DNA of 64,000 bases from NCBI RefSeq assembly GCF_041886205.1, contig NZ_CP169029.1, one strand, 5' to 3'. Each line of letters starts with the position of its first letter. Positions within the stretch are counted from its first letter, which is position 1. This stretch comes from Escherichia coli (GTDB taxonomy: Bacteria; Pseudomonadota; Gammaproteobacteria; Enterobacterales; Enterobacteriaceae). This document shows positions 21,167-32,248 of the stretch, piece after piece. The notes beneath the pieces were generated by a model that was given only the letters and a program-made list of their open reading frames with translations, made no database searches and was not told the DNA's origin. Made by a program: the position numbers and the translations under genes.

Positions 21167-23217
21167 TGAGCGCGCTCAACTCCCTGCCATTACCGGTGGT
21201 CAGGCTGCTGGCGTTCTTTCATGAAGAGTTAAGCGAGCGGCGACCAGGTCGCGTGCCGCAGACCGTGCAACTCTGGGTAGGCTGCCTGCTGGTGATTCTG
21301 ATCTCGATGACTTTTGAGATCCCTTTTGTGGCGTTATCGCTGGCAGTGCTGTTTTACGGTATTCAGTCGAACGCGTTTTACACCAAATTTGTCGCGATCT
21401 TGTTTGTGGTTGCCACGGTGCTGGAGATCGGCAGCCTGTTTTTGATCTACAAATGGTCATACGGCGAACCGTTGATCCGATTGATCATCGCCGGGCCGAT
21501 CCTGATGGGCTGCATGTTTTTGATGCGCACCCATCGCTTGGGGCTGGTCTTTTTCGCCGTCGCCATTGTCGCTATTTACGGGCAAACCTTCCCCGCCATG
21601 CTCGACTATCCGGAAGTGGTCGTGCGCTTAACGCTGTGGTGTATCGTTGTTGGCCTCTATCCAACCTTGCTGATGACGTTAATCGGCGTGCTGTGGTTTC
21701 CCAGTCGTGCCATTTCGCAAATGCATCAGGCGCTTAATGATCGGCTTGATGATGCCATTAGTCACCTGACAGACAGCCTCGCACCGCTACCCGAAACGCG
21801 GATTGAAAGAGAGGCGCTGGCGCTGCAAAAACTCAATGTCTTTTGCCTCGCGGACGATGCCAACTGGCGAACTCAGAGCGCATGGTGGCAAAGCTGTGTG
21901 GCAACGGTAACCTACATTTACTCGACGCTGAATCGCTACGATCCCACCTCTTTTGCGGATTCTCAGGCAATTATTGAATTCCGACAAAAATTAGCCTCAG
22001 AAATCAACAAGCTGCAGCATGCCGTTGCTGAAGGTCAGTGCTGGCAAAGCGACTGGCGGATCAGTGAAAGTGAAGCGATGGCGGCACGGGAATGTAACCT
22101 GGAGAATATCTGCCAGACGTTGTTACAACTGGGTCAGATGGACCCGAATACGCCGCCAACGCCCGCAGCCAAACCGCCATCAATGGCCGCCGATGCTTTT
22201 ACCAATCCAGACTATATGCGCTACGCGGTAAAAACGCTGCTCGCCTGTTTGATCTGTTACACCTTTTACAGCGGCGTGGACTGGGAAGGCATTCACACCT
22301 GTATGCTGACATGCGTGATCGTCGCTAACCCAAATGTCGGTTCGTCGTACCAGAAGATGGTGCTGCGTTTTGGCGGGGCCTTTTGCGGCGCGATTCTGGC
22401 GCTGTTATTCACGCTACTGGTCATGCCTTGGCTGGACAATATTGTCGAATTGCTGTTTGTGCTGGCACCGATTTTCCTGTTGGGCGCATGGATTGCCACC
22501 AGCTCTGAACGCTCTTCTTATATCGGCACACAGATGGTGGTCACCTTCGCGCTCGCCACGCTCGAAAACGTTTTTGGCCCAGTGTACGACCTGGTGGAAA
22601 TTCGCGATCGCGCCCTGGGTATCATCATTGGTACCGTGGTGTCCGCGGTGATTTACACCTTTGTCTGGCCTGAAAGTGAAGCGCGCACACTGCCGCAAAA
22701 ACTGGCTGGCACGCTGGGTATGTTAAGTAAAGTAATGCGGATCCCACGCCAGCAGGAAGTCACGGCTCTGCGCACTTATCTGCAAATTCGTATCGGTCTG
22801 CATGCGGCGTTTAATGCCTGTGAAGAGATGTGCCAACGCGTGGCGCTGGAGCGTCAACTGGACAGCGAAGAACGCGCCTTACTGATTGAACGTTCGCAAA
22901 CGGTTATTCGTCAGGGCCGCGATATTCTTCACGCCTGGGATGCCACCTGGAACTCGGCGCAGGCGCTGGATAACGCACTACAGCCGGACAGAGCAGGTCA
23001 GTTTGCCGACGCCCTGGAGAAATACGCTGCCGGTCTGGCAACCGCACTCAGCCGTTCTCCTCAAATAACGCTTGAAGAGACACCCGCCTCGCAGGCCATC
23101 CTGCCCACCTTATTAAAACAGGAGCAACACGTCTGCCAGCTTTTCGCCCGCTTGCCAGACTGGACAGCCCCGGCATTAACGCCCGCCACGGAACAGGCAC
23201 AAGGAGCCACGCAATGA
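21166..23217 (+). CDS. mdtO: Multidrug efflux inner-membrane protein MdtO
   Basis: 683-aa polytopic membrane protein; start overlaps the mdtN stop. Confidence 0.85.
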   Translation: MSALNSLPLPVVRLLAFFHEELSERRPGRVPQTVQLWVGCLLVILISMTFEIPFVALSLAVLFYGIQSNAFYTKFVAILFVVATVLEIGSLFLIYKWSYGEPLIRLIIAGPILMGCMFLMRTHRLGLVFFAVAIVAIYGQTFPAMLDYPEVVVRLTLWCIVVGLYPTLLMTLIGVLWFPSRAISQMHQALNDRLDDAISHLTDSLAPLPETRIEREALALQKLNVFCLADDANWRTQSAWWQSCVATVTYIYSTLNRYDPTSFADSQAIIEFRQKLASEINKLQHAVAEGQCWQSDWRISESEAMAARECNLENICQTLLQLGQMDPNTPPTPAAKPPSMAADAFTNPDYMRYAVKTLLACLICYTFYSGVDWEGIHTCMLTCVIVANPNVGSSYQKMVLRFGGAFCGAILALLFTLLVMPWLDNIVELLFVLAPIFLLGAWIATSSERSSYIGTQMVVTFALATLENVFGPVYDLVEIRDRALGIIIGTVVSAVIYTFVWPESEARTLPQKLAGTLGMLSKVMRIPRQQEVTALRTYLQIRIGLHAAFNACEEMCQRVALERQLDSEERALLIERSQTVIRQGRDILHAWDATWNSAQALDNALQPDRAGQFADALEKYAAGLATALSRSPQITLEETPASQAILPTLLKQEQHVCQLFARLPDWTAPALTPATEQAQGATQ

Positions 23218-24680
23218 TCAATCGTCAACTTTCACGTCTGCTGTTGTGCAGCATTCTCGGCAGCACGACGCTGATTTCCGGCTGTGCCTTGGTACGTAAG
23301 GATTCTGCACCTCATCAACAGCTCAAACCGGAACAAATCAAACTGGCCGACGATATTCATCTTGCCAGCTCCGGCTGGCCGCAGGCGCAGTGGTGGAAAC
23401 AACTCAATGACCCGCAGCTGGATGCGCTGATCCAACGGACGCTAAGTGGTTCACACACCCTCGCCGAAGCGAAACTGCGGGAAGAAAAAGCGCAGTCCCA
23501 GGCCGATTTGTTAGATGCCGGTTCACAATTACAGGTCGCAGCGTTAGGGATGCTCAACCGCCAACGCGTCTCGGCGAACGGCTTTTTAAGCCCTTATGCG
23601 ATGGATGCGCCAGCACTGGGTATGGACGGGCCGTACTATACGGAAGCCACAGTAGGTTTGTTTGCCGGACTGGATCTTGATTTGTGGGGTGTGCATCGCT
23701 CAGCGGTTGCCGCCGCCATTGGCGCGCATAATGCCGCGCTGGCAGAAACCGCAGCAGTAGAGCTATCGCTGACCACGGGCGTAGCGCAGCTTTATTACAG
23801 TATGCAGGCCAGCTATCAGATGCTCGATCTGTTAGAACAAACTCGCGATGTGATTGATTACGCGGTGAAAGCGCACCAAAGTAAAGTGGCGCACGGTCTG
23901 GAAGCGCAAGTGCCTTTCCACGGCGCGCGGGCACAGATTCTGGCGGTCGATAAACAAATTGCTGCCGTTAAAGGGCAAATCACCGAAACGCGAGAATCTC
24001 TGCGTGCATTGATTGGCGCGGGAGCCAGCGATATGCCGGAGATCAAACCGGTGGCATTACCGCAAGTACAGACCGGCATTCCGGCGACGCTCTCTTATGA
24101 GTTGCTCGCCAGACGCCCGGATCTGCAAGCCATGCGCTGGTATGTTCAGGCGTCATTAGATCAGGTGGATTCCGCGCGGGCGTTGTTCTACCCGAGCTTT
24201 GATATCAAAGCGTTTTTCGGCCTTGATGCCATCCACCTGGATACCTTATTCAAAAAAACCAGTCGCCAGTTCAACTTCATCCCGGGTCTGAAATTGCCGC
24301 TGTTTGACGGTGGACGGTTGAATGCCAATCTCGAAGGCACTCGCGCCGCCAGCAACATGATGATTGAACGTTACAACCAGTCAGTACTGAACGCGGTGCG
24401 CGACGTTGCCGTCAACGGCACGCGTCTGCAAACGCTCAACGACGAGCGAGAGATGCAGGCTGAACGCGTGGAAGCAACGCGCTTCACCCAGCGCGCTGCC
24501 GAGGCCGCCTATCAGCGCGGCTTAACCAGCCGCTTACAGGCCACTGAAGCCCGGTTGCCAGTACTTGCCGAAGAGATGTCATTACTGATGCTGGACAGCC
24601 GCCGGGTGATCCAAAGCATTCAGTTGATGAAATCGCTGGGCGGCGGGTATCAGGCGGCTCCCGTCGTCGAGAAAAAATAA
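23214..24680 (+). CDS. mdtP: Outer-membrane efflux channel MdtP (TolC-family lipoprotein)
   Basis: 488 aa; lipobox LISGCA; 4-nt overlap with mdtO. Confidence 0.85.
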   Translation: MINRQLSRLLLCSILGSTTLISGCALVRKDSAPHQQLKPEQIKLADDIHLASSGWPQAQWWKQLNDPQLDALIQRTLSGSHTLAEAKLREEKAQSQADLLDAGSQLQVAALGMLNRQRVSANGFLSPYAMDAPALGMDGPYYTEATVGLFAGLDLDLWGVHRSAVAAAIGAHNAALAETAAVELSLTTGVAQLYYSMQASYQMLDLLEQTRDVIDYAVKAHQSKVAHGLEAQVPFHGARAQILAVDKQIAAVKGQITETRESLRALIGAGASDMPEIKPVALPQVQTGIPATLSYELLARRPDLQAMRWYVQASLDQVDSARALFYPSFDIKAFFGLDAIHLDTLFKKTSRQFNFIPGLKLPLFDGGRLNANLEGTRAASNMMIERYNQSVLNAVRDVAVNGTRLQTLNDEREMQAERVEATRFTQRAAEAAYQRGLTSRLQATEARLPVLAEEMSLLMLDSRRVIQSIQLMKSLGGGYQAAPVVEKK

Positions 24681-24877
24681 AATGTCTGCCGCGTGATGGC
24701 TGTCACGCGGTATTTCGTTTCGTCACGTCAAAACTGACGACAGCCTGTTTTTCGTCAGAGTTTTGAATAAATAGTGCCCGTAATATCAGGGAATGACCCC
24801 AAATAAAATGTGGCATAAAAGATGCATACTGTAGTCGAGAGCGCGTATGCGTGATTTGATTAACTGGAGCGAGACCG

Positions 24878-27025
24878 ATGAAAAAAGTCGTCACGGTTTG
24901 CCCCTATTGCGCATCAGGTTGCAAAATCAACCTGGTCGTCGATAACGGCAAAATCGTCCGGGCGGAGGCAGCGCAGGGGAAAACCAACCAGGGTACCCTG
25001 TGTCTGAAGGGTTATTATGGCTGGGATTTCATTAACGATACCCAGATCCTGACCCCGCGCCTGAAAACCCCCATGATCCGTCGCCAGCGTGGCGGCAAAC
25101 TCGAACCTGTTTCCTGGGATGAGGCACTGAATTACGTTGCCGAGCGCCTGAGCGCCATCAAAGAGAAGTACGGTCCGGATGCCATCCAGACGACCGGCTC
25201 CTCGCGTGGTACGGGTAACGAAACCAACTATGTAATGCAAAAATTTGCGCGCGCCGTTATTGGTACCAATAACGTTGACTGCTGCGCTCGTGTCTGACAC
25301 GGCCCATCGGTTGCAGGTCTGCACCAATCGGTCGGTAATGGCGCAATGAGCAATGCTATTAACGAAATTGATAATACCGATTTAGTGTTCGTTTTCGGGT
25401 ACAACCCGGCGGATTCCCACCCAATCGTAGCGAATCACGTAATTAACGCTAAACGTAACGGGGCGAAAATTATCGTCTGCGATCCGCGCAAAATTGAAAC
25501 CGCGCGCATTGCTGACATGCACATTGCACTGAAAAACGGCTCGAACATCGCGCTGTTGAATGCGATGGGCCATGTCATTATTGAAGAAAATTTGTACGAC
25601 AAAGCATTCGTCGCTTCCCGTACAGAAGGCTTTGAAGAGTATCGTAAAATCGTTGAAGGCTACACGCCGGAGTCGGTTGAAGATATCACCGGCGTCAGCG
25701 CCAGTGAGATTCGTCAGGCGGCACGGATGTATGCCCAGGCGAAAAGCGCCGCCATCCTGTGGGGCATGGGTGTAACCCAGTTCTACCAGGGCGTGGAAAC
25801 CGTGCGTTCTCTGACCAGCCTCGCGATGCTGACCGGTAACCTCGGTAAGCCACATGCGGGTGTTAACCCGGTTCGTGGTCAGAACAACGTACAGGGTGCC
25901 TGCGATATGGGCGCGCTGCCGGATACGTATCCGGGATACCAGTACGTGAAAGATCCGGCTAACCGCGAGAAATTCGCCAAAGCCTGGGGCGTGGAAAGCC
26001 TGCCAGCGCATACCGGCTATCGCATCAGCGAGCTACCGCACCGCGCAGCGCATGGCGAAGTGCGTGCCGCGTACATTATGGGCGAAGATCCGCTGCAAAC
26101 TGACGCGGAGCTGTCGGCAGTACGTAAAGCCTTTGAAGATCTGGAACTGGTTATCGTTCAGGACATCTTTATGACCAAAACCGCGTCGGCGGCGGATGTT
26201 ATTTTACCGTCAACGTCGTGGGGCGAGCATGAAGGCGTGTTTACTGCGGCTGACCGTGGCTTCCAGCGTTTCTTCAAGGCGGTTGAACCGAAATGGGATC
26301 TGAAAACGGACTGGCAAATCATCAGTGAAATCGCCACCCGTATGGGTTATCCGATGCACTACAACAACACCCAGGAGATCTGGGATGAGTTGCGTCATCT
26401 GTGCCCGGATTTCTACGGTGCGACTTACGAGAAAATGGGCGAACTGGGCTTCATTCAGTGGCCTTGCCGCGATACTTCAGATGCCGATCAGGGGACTTCT
26501 TATCTGTTTAAAGAGAAGTTTGATACCCCGAACGGTCTGGCGCAGTTCTTCACCTGCGACTGGGTAGCGCCAATCGACAAACTCACCGACGAGTACCCGA
26601 TGGTACTGTCAACGGTGCGTGAAGTTGGTCACTACTCTTGCCGTTCGATGACCGGTAACTGTGCGGCACTGGCGGCGCTGGCTGATGAACCTGGCTACGC
26701 ACAAATCAATACCGAAGACGCCAAACGTCTGGGTATTGAAGATGAGGCATTGGTTTGGGTGCACTCGCGTAAAGGCAAAATTATCACCCGTGCGCAGGTC
26801 AGCGATCGTCCGAACAAAGGGGCGATTTACATGACCTACCAGTGGTGGATTGGTGCCTGTAACGAGCTGGTTACCGAAAACTTAAGCCCGATTACGAAAA
26901 CGCCGGAGTACAAATACTGCGCCGTTCGCGTCGAGCCGATCGCCGATCAGCGCGCCGCCGAGCAGTACGTGATTGACGAGTACAACAAGTTGAAAACTCG
27001 CCTGCGCGAAGCGGCACTGGCGTAA
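24878..27025 (+). CDS. fdhF: Formate dehydrogenase H (selenocysteine-containing); in-frame UGA at 25295-25297 read as Sec
   Basis: The tracked ORFs 24878-25297 and 25346-27025 are in the same frame (offset 468 nt). The first ends ...CCARV-TGA, followed by HGPSVAGLHQSVGNGAMSNAINEI. N-terminal 4Fe-4S motif CPYCASGC and a molybdopterin oxidoreductase body. Confidence 0.9.
25298..25340 (+). promoter_or_regulatory. SECIS stem-loop directing selenocysteine insertion in fdhF
   Basis: CACGGCCCATCGGTTGCAGGTCTGCACCAATCGGTCGGTAATGGCG immediately 3' of the UGA; matches the fdhF SECIS as I remember it. Confidence 0.8.
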
Positions 27026-27039
27026 TACAGTCCTTTCTA

Positions 27040-27067
27040 CAGCCTCCTTTCGGAGGCTGTTTTTTTA
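27040..27067 (+). terminator. Rho-independent terminator after fdhF
   Basis: CAGCCTCC-TTTC-GGAGGCTG hairpin followed by TTTTTTT. Confidence 0.8.
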
Positions 27068-27118
27068 TCCATTCGAACTCTTTATACTGGTTACTCCCTA
27101 CCCAATCGTATTATCAAA

Positions 27119-27808
27119 ATGAAAAAAATTATCGCATTGATGTTGTTTTTGACATTCTTTGCCCACGCCAACGACTCCGAGCCTGGCAGCCAGTATTTAA
27201 AGGCAGCAGAGGCCGGGGACCGACGCGCACAATATTTTCTTGCCGACAGCTGGTTTAGCTCCGGCGATTTGAGCAAAGCCGAATATTGGGCACAGAAAGC
27301 CGCCGACAGCGGTGATGCTGATGCCTGCGCGCTGTTGGCGCAGATCAAAATCACCAATCCGGTCAGTCTGGACTATCCACAAGCAAAAGTTCTTGCAGAG
27401 AAAGCGGCGCAAGCGGGCAGTAAAGAAGGTGAAGTAACGCTGGCGCATATTCTGGTAAATACTCAAGCGGGTAAACCGGATTATCCAAAGGCGATTTCGC
27501 TGTTAGAAAACGCCTCGGAAGATCTGGAGAACGACTCTGCCGTCGATGCCCAAATGCTGCTTGGTTTGATTTACGCCAACGGCGTGGGCATTAAGGCCGA
27601 CGATGACAAGGCAACCTGGTATTTCAAACGCAGCTCTGCAATTTCCCGAACCGGTTATTCCGAGTACTGGGCGGGAATGATGTTCTTAAACGGTGAAGAA
27701 GGTTTTATCGAGAAGAACAAGCAAAAGGCGCTGCACTGGTTGAACCTGAGCTGTATGGAAGGGTTTGATACCGGGTGTGAAGAGTTTGAAAAATTAACCA
27801 ACGGTTAA
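27119..27808 (+). CDS. yjcO: Sel1/TPR-like repeat protein YjcO with signal peptide
   Basis: 229 aa; signal peptide MKKIIALMLFLTFFAHA; repeated Sel1-like AxxWxxKAAxxG units. Confidence 0.85.
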   Translation: MKKIIALMLFLTFFAHANDSEPGSQYLKAAEAGDRRAQYFLADSWFSSGDLSKAEYWAQKAADSGDADACALLAQIKITNPVSLDYPQAKVLAEKAAQAGSKEGEVTLAHILVNTQAGKPDYPKAISLLENASEDLENDSAVDAQMLLGLIYANGVGIKADDDKATWYFKRSSAISRTGYSEYWAGMMFLNGEEGFIEKNKQKALHWLNLSCMEGFDTGCEEFEKLTNG

Positions 27809-27810
27809 GA

Positions 27811-27880
27811 TAGGCCTGATAAGACGCGTTAAGCGTCGCATCAGGCATTCACACATTGCCGGGTGGATATCCCCGGCAAT
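27811..27880. repeat. REP element plus palindrome at the convergent yjcO/gltP 3' ends
   Basis: AGGCCTGATAAGACGCG...GCATCAGGC REP unit followed by the CCGGGTGGATATCCCCGG palindrome. Confidence 0.7.
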
Positions 27881-27886
27881 CTTCAA

Positions 27887-29200
27887 TTATTGATCCGCAG
27901 TTTTATCAAATTTGCCCAGCACTTCACGCTCATAAGCCAGCGCCTTTTTGCGGTCAAATTTGTGTTCCCACTTGGCAATCACCAGCACCGCCAGCGCATT
28001 ACCCACCACGTTCAGCGCAGTACGCGCCATGTCGAGGATACGGTCAACACCAGCAATAAACGCCAGACCTTCCAGCGGAATACCTACGCTACCCAGCGTT
28101 GCCAGCAACACCACAAACGACACGCCCGGCACGCCAGCAATCCCTTTCGAGGTCACCATCAGCGTCAGCACCAGAATGATTTCCTGCCAGATGGACAGGT
28201 CAATGCCATACAGCTGAGCGATGAAAATAGCGGCAATACTTTGATACAGCGTCGAACCATCAAGGTTAAAAGAGTAACCGGTCGGCACCACGAAGCTGGT
28301 GATCGACGCCGGTGCTCCGTAGGCTTCCATCTTCTCAATAATTCGCGGCAGTACGCTTTCAGAGCTGGCAGTGGAGTACGCCAGAATCAGCTCATCTTTC
28401 AGAATACGAATCAGGATCCAGACGCTTAACCCGCACAGGCGCGCCACAATTCCCAGCACTACCAGCGCGAAGAACAGAATGGCGAAATGCACCAGCAACA
28501 CCAGTTTCGCCAGTGGCCACAGAGAAGAGAAACCAAAGTTAGCCACCGTCACCGCAATCAGCGCAAACACACCCACCGGCGCATAACGCATCACCATGTG
28601 CGTCACTTTAAACATGGTTTCAGAGATGGAGCGGAACACGGTCACCAGCGGTTCACGATGCGTCGCGGGCAGGGAGGAAAGCCCCAGACCAAACAGCACC
28701 GAGAAGAAGATGATCGGCAGCATTTCGCCTTTCGCCATCGACGCCACAATGTTCGTCGGCACCAGCGACAAAATCGTGCCCATAATGCCGTGGGAACTGC
28801 TTTGTACCGCTTCCGTAGTGCTCTGATATTTCGAGATATCGACGGTCGCCAGCTGCGACATATCCACCCCGGCACCGGGCTGGAAGACGTTAGCCAGAGT
28901 GATCCCCAAAATGATGGCGACGGTGGTGATCACCTCGAAGTAGATAATGGTTTTCGCGCCAATACGCCCGAGCTGTTTGGCATCACCCACACCCGCGATA
29001 CCCACCACCAGCGTGGAGATCACAATCGGCACAACAATCATTTTGATCAGATGGATGAAGATATCACCCGCCGGAGAGAGCAAATTGACGACCAGCCAGT
29101 CGCGGCTGTCGCTATGGTAGTGCAGATAGCTTCCCAGGAGAATGCCCAGCACCATAGCAAACAGAATCTGCCAGGCCAGGCTGAATTTTATATTTTTCAT
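27887..29200 (-). CDS. gltP: Glutamate/aspartate:proton symporter GltP
   Basis: 437-aa polytopic membrane protein; start MKNIKFSLAWQILFAMVLGILLG matches remembered GltP (DAACS family). Confidence 0.9.
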   Translation of the reverse strand: MKNIKFSLAWQILFAMVLGILLGSYLHYHSDSRDWLVVNLLSPAGDIFIHLIKMIVVPIVISTLVVGIAGVGDAKQLGRIGAKTIIYFEVITTVAIILGITLANVFQPGAGVDMSQLATVDISKYQSTTEAVQSSSHGIMGTILSLVPTNIVASMAKGEMLPIIFFSVLFGLGLSSLPATHREPLVTVFRSISETMFKVTHMVMRYAPVGVFALIAVTVANFGFSSLWPLAKLVLLVHFAILFFALVVLGIVARLCGLSVWILIRILKDELILAYSTASSESVLPRIIEKMEAYGAPASITSFVVPTGYSFNLDGSTLYQSIAAIFIAQLYGIDLSIWQEIILVLTLMVTSKGIAGVPGVSFVVLLATLGSVGIPLEGLAFIAGVDRILDMARTALNVVGNALAVLVIAKWEHKFDRKKALAYEREVLGKFDKTADQ

Positions 29201-29541
29201 CAGAATAACTTCCTCAATGGAGCGCCGTTCCCCGTTCAGAAACGCGAGAACGTGACATACTGCCAGGGCATGAATTGTGTTGCGTTGGTTTGTAGATTTT
29301 TTTAACGCTTATGATCAGTATCATTTGCGCGGTATGTTGCGCAACCCTTTAACAACAGAGCTTTTCGCTGCATTAATGCATAATAACGCGAGTTTATGGC
29401 AGGATTAATGAATAACCATTTGTTATGGAAAGATTTTTATTTGTTTAATCTGCAATAATACTGATTAGTGATTATTTTTGGCATATGTTCATTCGATTAT
29501 TTTTTATGCAGCTCAATAACATAATCTTCATCACCAGATGA

Positions 29542-30138
29542 TTAATCCGATCTCCGCTGCAACAGTTTCGCCATATTAATCGACTCGACCAGCTGTGTCC
29601 GGTTGATCCGGGGTGAGTTGAGATCCATCACTTTTTGCCATAGTTCGATGGCTTGCGCGTAATTCGCCTGCATAAACGCATCGGAAGCCAGCAGCATCAG
29701 AGCAGTGATTTCGTTAGAGTCCAGCGCGAGGGCTTTGTCGATCATTGCGCGAGTCTGGGCGGTCATATGCTGGCTGGCCTGGTAATAAAGCACCGTCGCC
29801 AGCGCCGCATACAGTTCAGCGTTCTCACCACGTAGTTGCAACGCCTGACGGTACGCCAGCAACGAATTGCTGTAATCGTTTTGCCACAGATAGTACTCGC
29901 CCAGTAACGCCCACTGTTCGCTGTTTTGTGGATTAGCGCGGATTTTATCCTGCAATGCCTGAAGCTGCGCTTCCGGGGTTTGCTGGCTGGCAAACTGATG
30001 TAGCGGATCGCGCTGACGCTGATACTCCGCACGTACCGCCTGCCATTTTGGGCTTAACAGATAACTGCCGACACAGAGAAATACCATCAAAATCGTGAGT
30101 GTTGTCAGCATTTTCACCGGTATTTTGGGCTGTTTCAT
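29542..30138 (-). CDS. nrfG: NrfG, TPR-repeat formate-dependent nitrite reductase assembly protein
   Basis: Start taken at [11 protein letters not shown], overlapping the nrfF stop (tracked ORF is 5'-extended); TPR-like repeats. Confidence 0.85.
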   Translation of the reverse strand: MKQPKIPVKMLTTLTILMVFLCVGSYLLSPKWQAVRAEYQRQRDPLHQFASQQTPEAQLQALQDKIRANPQNSEQWALLGEYYLWQNDYSNSLLAYRQALQLRGENAELYAALATVLYYQASQHMTAQTRAMIDKALALDSNEITALMLLASDAFMQANYAQAIELWQKVMDLNSPRINRTQLVESINMAKLLQRRSD

Positions 30139-30518
30139 CGCTTCGCCCTCACTCGCCAGAGGATCAGTGCCATCAGCAGTAACAACACCACTGGCAGCGC
30201 CCACAACACCAGCGTCTGACCCGTTAACGGTGGGTTATAGCGAACAAAATCTCCGTAGCGTTCGGTCATCCAGCCAATGATTTCGACTTCGTTCTTCCCC
30301 TCCGCCACCATGCTGTAAACCTGATGGCGCATACTGACCGCCACCGGCGCGTTGGATTCCAGTAAGTTCTGATTCTGGCACTGCGGACAACGTAACTGGC
30401 TGGCAATATTTAACGCCTGTTGCTGTTGTTGCGGATTGGCGAATTGCCAGGTGTCTACGACCTGAGCGCGCGCAAAACAGGTAAATAACAGCAGTAGCGT
30501 GAGAAGCCCTTTATTCAT
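30135..30518 (-). CDS. nrfF: NrfF (CcmH-like heme lyase subunit)
   Basis: 127 aa; signal peptide and CcmH-type LRCPQCQNQ motif. Confidence 0.85.
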   Translation of the reverse strand: MNKGLLTLLLLFTCFARAQVVDTWQFANPQQQQQALNIASQLRCPQCQNQNLLESNAPVAVSMRHQVYSMVAEGKNEVEIIGWMTERYGDFVRYNPPLTGQTLVLWALPVVLLLLMALILWRVRAKR

Positions 30519-32193
30519 CGCGCTTCTTCCCCCGCCATCCGCTTAACAATGCGCCCGCAATCATCAACAATCCTCCCCCCCAAATCCAGCGCACACCGCT
30601 TTGTACATACAAACGAACAGCGTAACGATCCGCTCCGGTTTTTTCACCCATGACCACATACCAGTCATGGATGCCGTTCCAGCGAATTGACGGTTCCATC
30701 ATTTGCTGACGGCGTGCTTCATAAAAACGCCGCTCCGGCGTTAATTCACCAATGCGTTGCTGATGGTCAAACAGCGCCACTATCGCTTTTTCGCTGGTGT
30801 AATTGCCTTTGGCTTGCAGATCGAGGCGCTCAAAACGGAAGGTGTATCCTGCCAGCGTCACCGGCTGACCCGGCTGTAAATTCAGGCTGATTTCCTGACG
30901 GCTGACGCTGGAAACCACGACCCCAGCGGCAAATAACAGCACGCCCGCATGAGCTACCAGCGCCGGAAGCTGCGCGCGTTTGCCAGAGACAAACGTCGCC
31001 AGCACAATCACCACCAGCATCAACAGACCAAACGGTAACGTCGCGCGGTTAAAATAAGGTGCGCCAACGGAGAGGCGTCCCCAGCCCAGCAGGCCGTAAA
31101 TCATCGGATAAAGCGTTCCCACCAGCACGATCAGTAGCACTGCGCAAAACAGCAACAGCGTAGCGAGGATTAACATTTCCCGCGATAACCCCGAAAAACG
31201 CACCGCCGGGCCACCGTCCCGCGCTCGCCAGCCATACAGAGCCAGAGACGCAAGGCTAATCAGTGCAAACAGGCTGAACAACGGCACGGCGCGGACGTTA
31301 TCCAGCGCGAACGCATGAACCGAAACCAGAATGCCAGAACGGACAATTAAGGTGCCCAGCAGCGACAGCATCAGAGTAACTATCGCCAGCAGCAGCGACC
31401 AGTGGCGGAAAATCCCCCGCTGACGTGTCAGAGATAAACTGTGCAGCAGCGCAGTGGCAGAAAGCCAGGGTAATAAAGAGGCGTTTTCCACCGGATCCCA
31501 GAACCACCAGCCGCCCCAGCCCAGTTCGCAATAGGCCCACCAGGAACCGAGGATGATCCCCGCCGTTAATGCACTCCAACCAGGTAACGCCCAGCACCAG
31601 CAAATTCGGGCGCAGGCACCATCAAACTCGCCGCGCAGTAGACTCGCCAGCGCCACGCTCGCCGCTACCATCAAACCGCCATAGCCAAGGTAAAGCAGCG
31701 GTGGATGAAAGATAAGACCGGGATGTTGCAGCATCGGATTGAGATCGCGGCCTTCGATTGCTGGTGGAAATATCCGCACGAAGGGATCGGACCACAGCAC
31801 TACAAACAGTAGCAGTGCGGCGAGCATGAGAGATAAAACGGCTAGCGTCAGCGGAAATAGCGGATCGGTTTGCTGCCGATAATGCCAGGCAAACAGCGCG
31901 CTCCAGGCGGAAAGCAGCAGCACCCAAAGCAGCAGCGAACCTTCATGACCGCCCCACACCGCCGCCAGTTTGAGTTCCCACGACAGCAGGCTGTAGCTAT
32001 GTTGCGCGACATAAATGACCGAGAAATCGCTGATGAGAAAACAATACGTCAGTACGCCAAAGGCGAGCAGCAGGAGCGCGAACTGCGCCAGAATGCCGAT
32101 GCAAGTGAGTCGCATCATGGCAGGCCAGCGCAACCGCACTCCCGCAAAGGCCGTCAACGGGGTCAACACGTTGACCCCGAGACTTAATAACAA
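30511..32193 (-). CDS. nrfE: NrfE (CcmF-like heme lyase)
   Basis: ~560-aa polytopic membrane protein in the nrf operon; exact start codon uncertain. Confidence 0.85.
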   Translation of the reverse strand: MLLSLGVNVLTPLTAFAGVRLRWPAMMRLTCIGILAQFALLLLAFGVLTYCFLISDFSVIYVAQHSYSLLSWELKLAAVWGGHEGSLLLWVLLLSAWSALFAWHYRQQTDPLFPLTLAVLSLMLAALLLFVVLWSDPFVRIFPPAIEGRDLNPMLQHPGLIFHPPLLYLGYGGLMVAASVALASLLRGEFDGACARICWCWALPGWSALTAGIILGSWWAYCELGWGGWWFWDPVENASLLPWLSATALLHSLSLTRQRGIFRHWSLLLAIVTLMLSLLGTLIVRSGILVSVHAFALDNVRAVPLFSLFALISLASLALYGWRARDGGPAVRFSGLSREMLILATLLLFCAVLLIVLVGTLYPMIYGLLGWGRLSVGAPYFNRATLPFGLLMLVVIVLATFVSGKRAQLPALVAHAGVLLFAAGVVVSSVSRQEISLNLQPGQPVTLAGYTFRFERLDLQAKGNYTSEKAIVALFDHQQRIGELTPERRFYEARRQQMMEPSIRWNGIHDWYVVMGEKTGADRYAVRLYVQSGVRWIWGGGLLMIAGALLSGWRGKKRDE

Positions 32194-32248
32194 CGCCAGA
32201 AAACCGACTTCAGGAAGGAATACGTCCAGAAACCACCTCTTTTCTGGC

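Noticed and set aside
25295-25297. In-frame TGA in fdhF as evidence of a pseudogene
   Set aside because: Followed immediately by a SECIS hairpin, and the downstream frame continues with conserved formate dehydrogenase sequence; this is selenocysteine recoding.
28487-29305. 272-aa His/Arg/Gln-rich plus-strand ORF
   Set aside because: Antisense to gltP; highly biased composition (HRH/RRH runs) without domain-like features; frame artefact.
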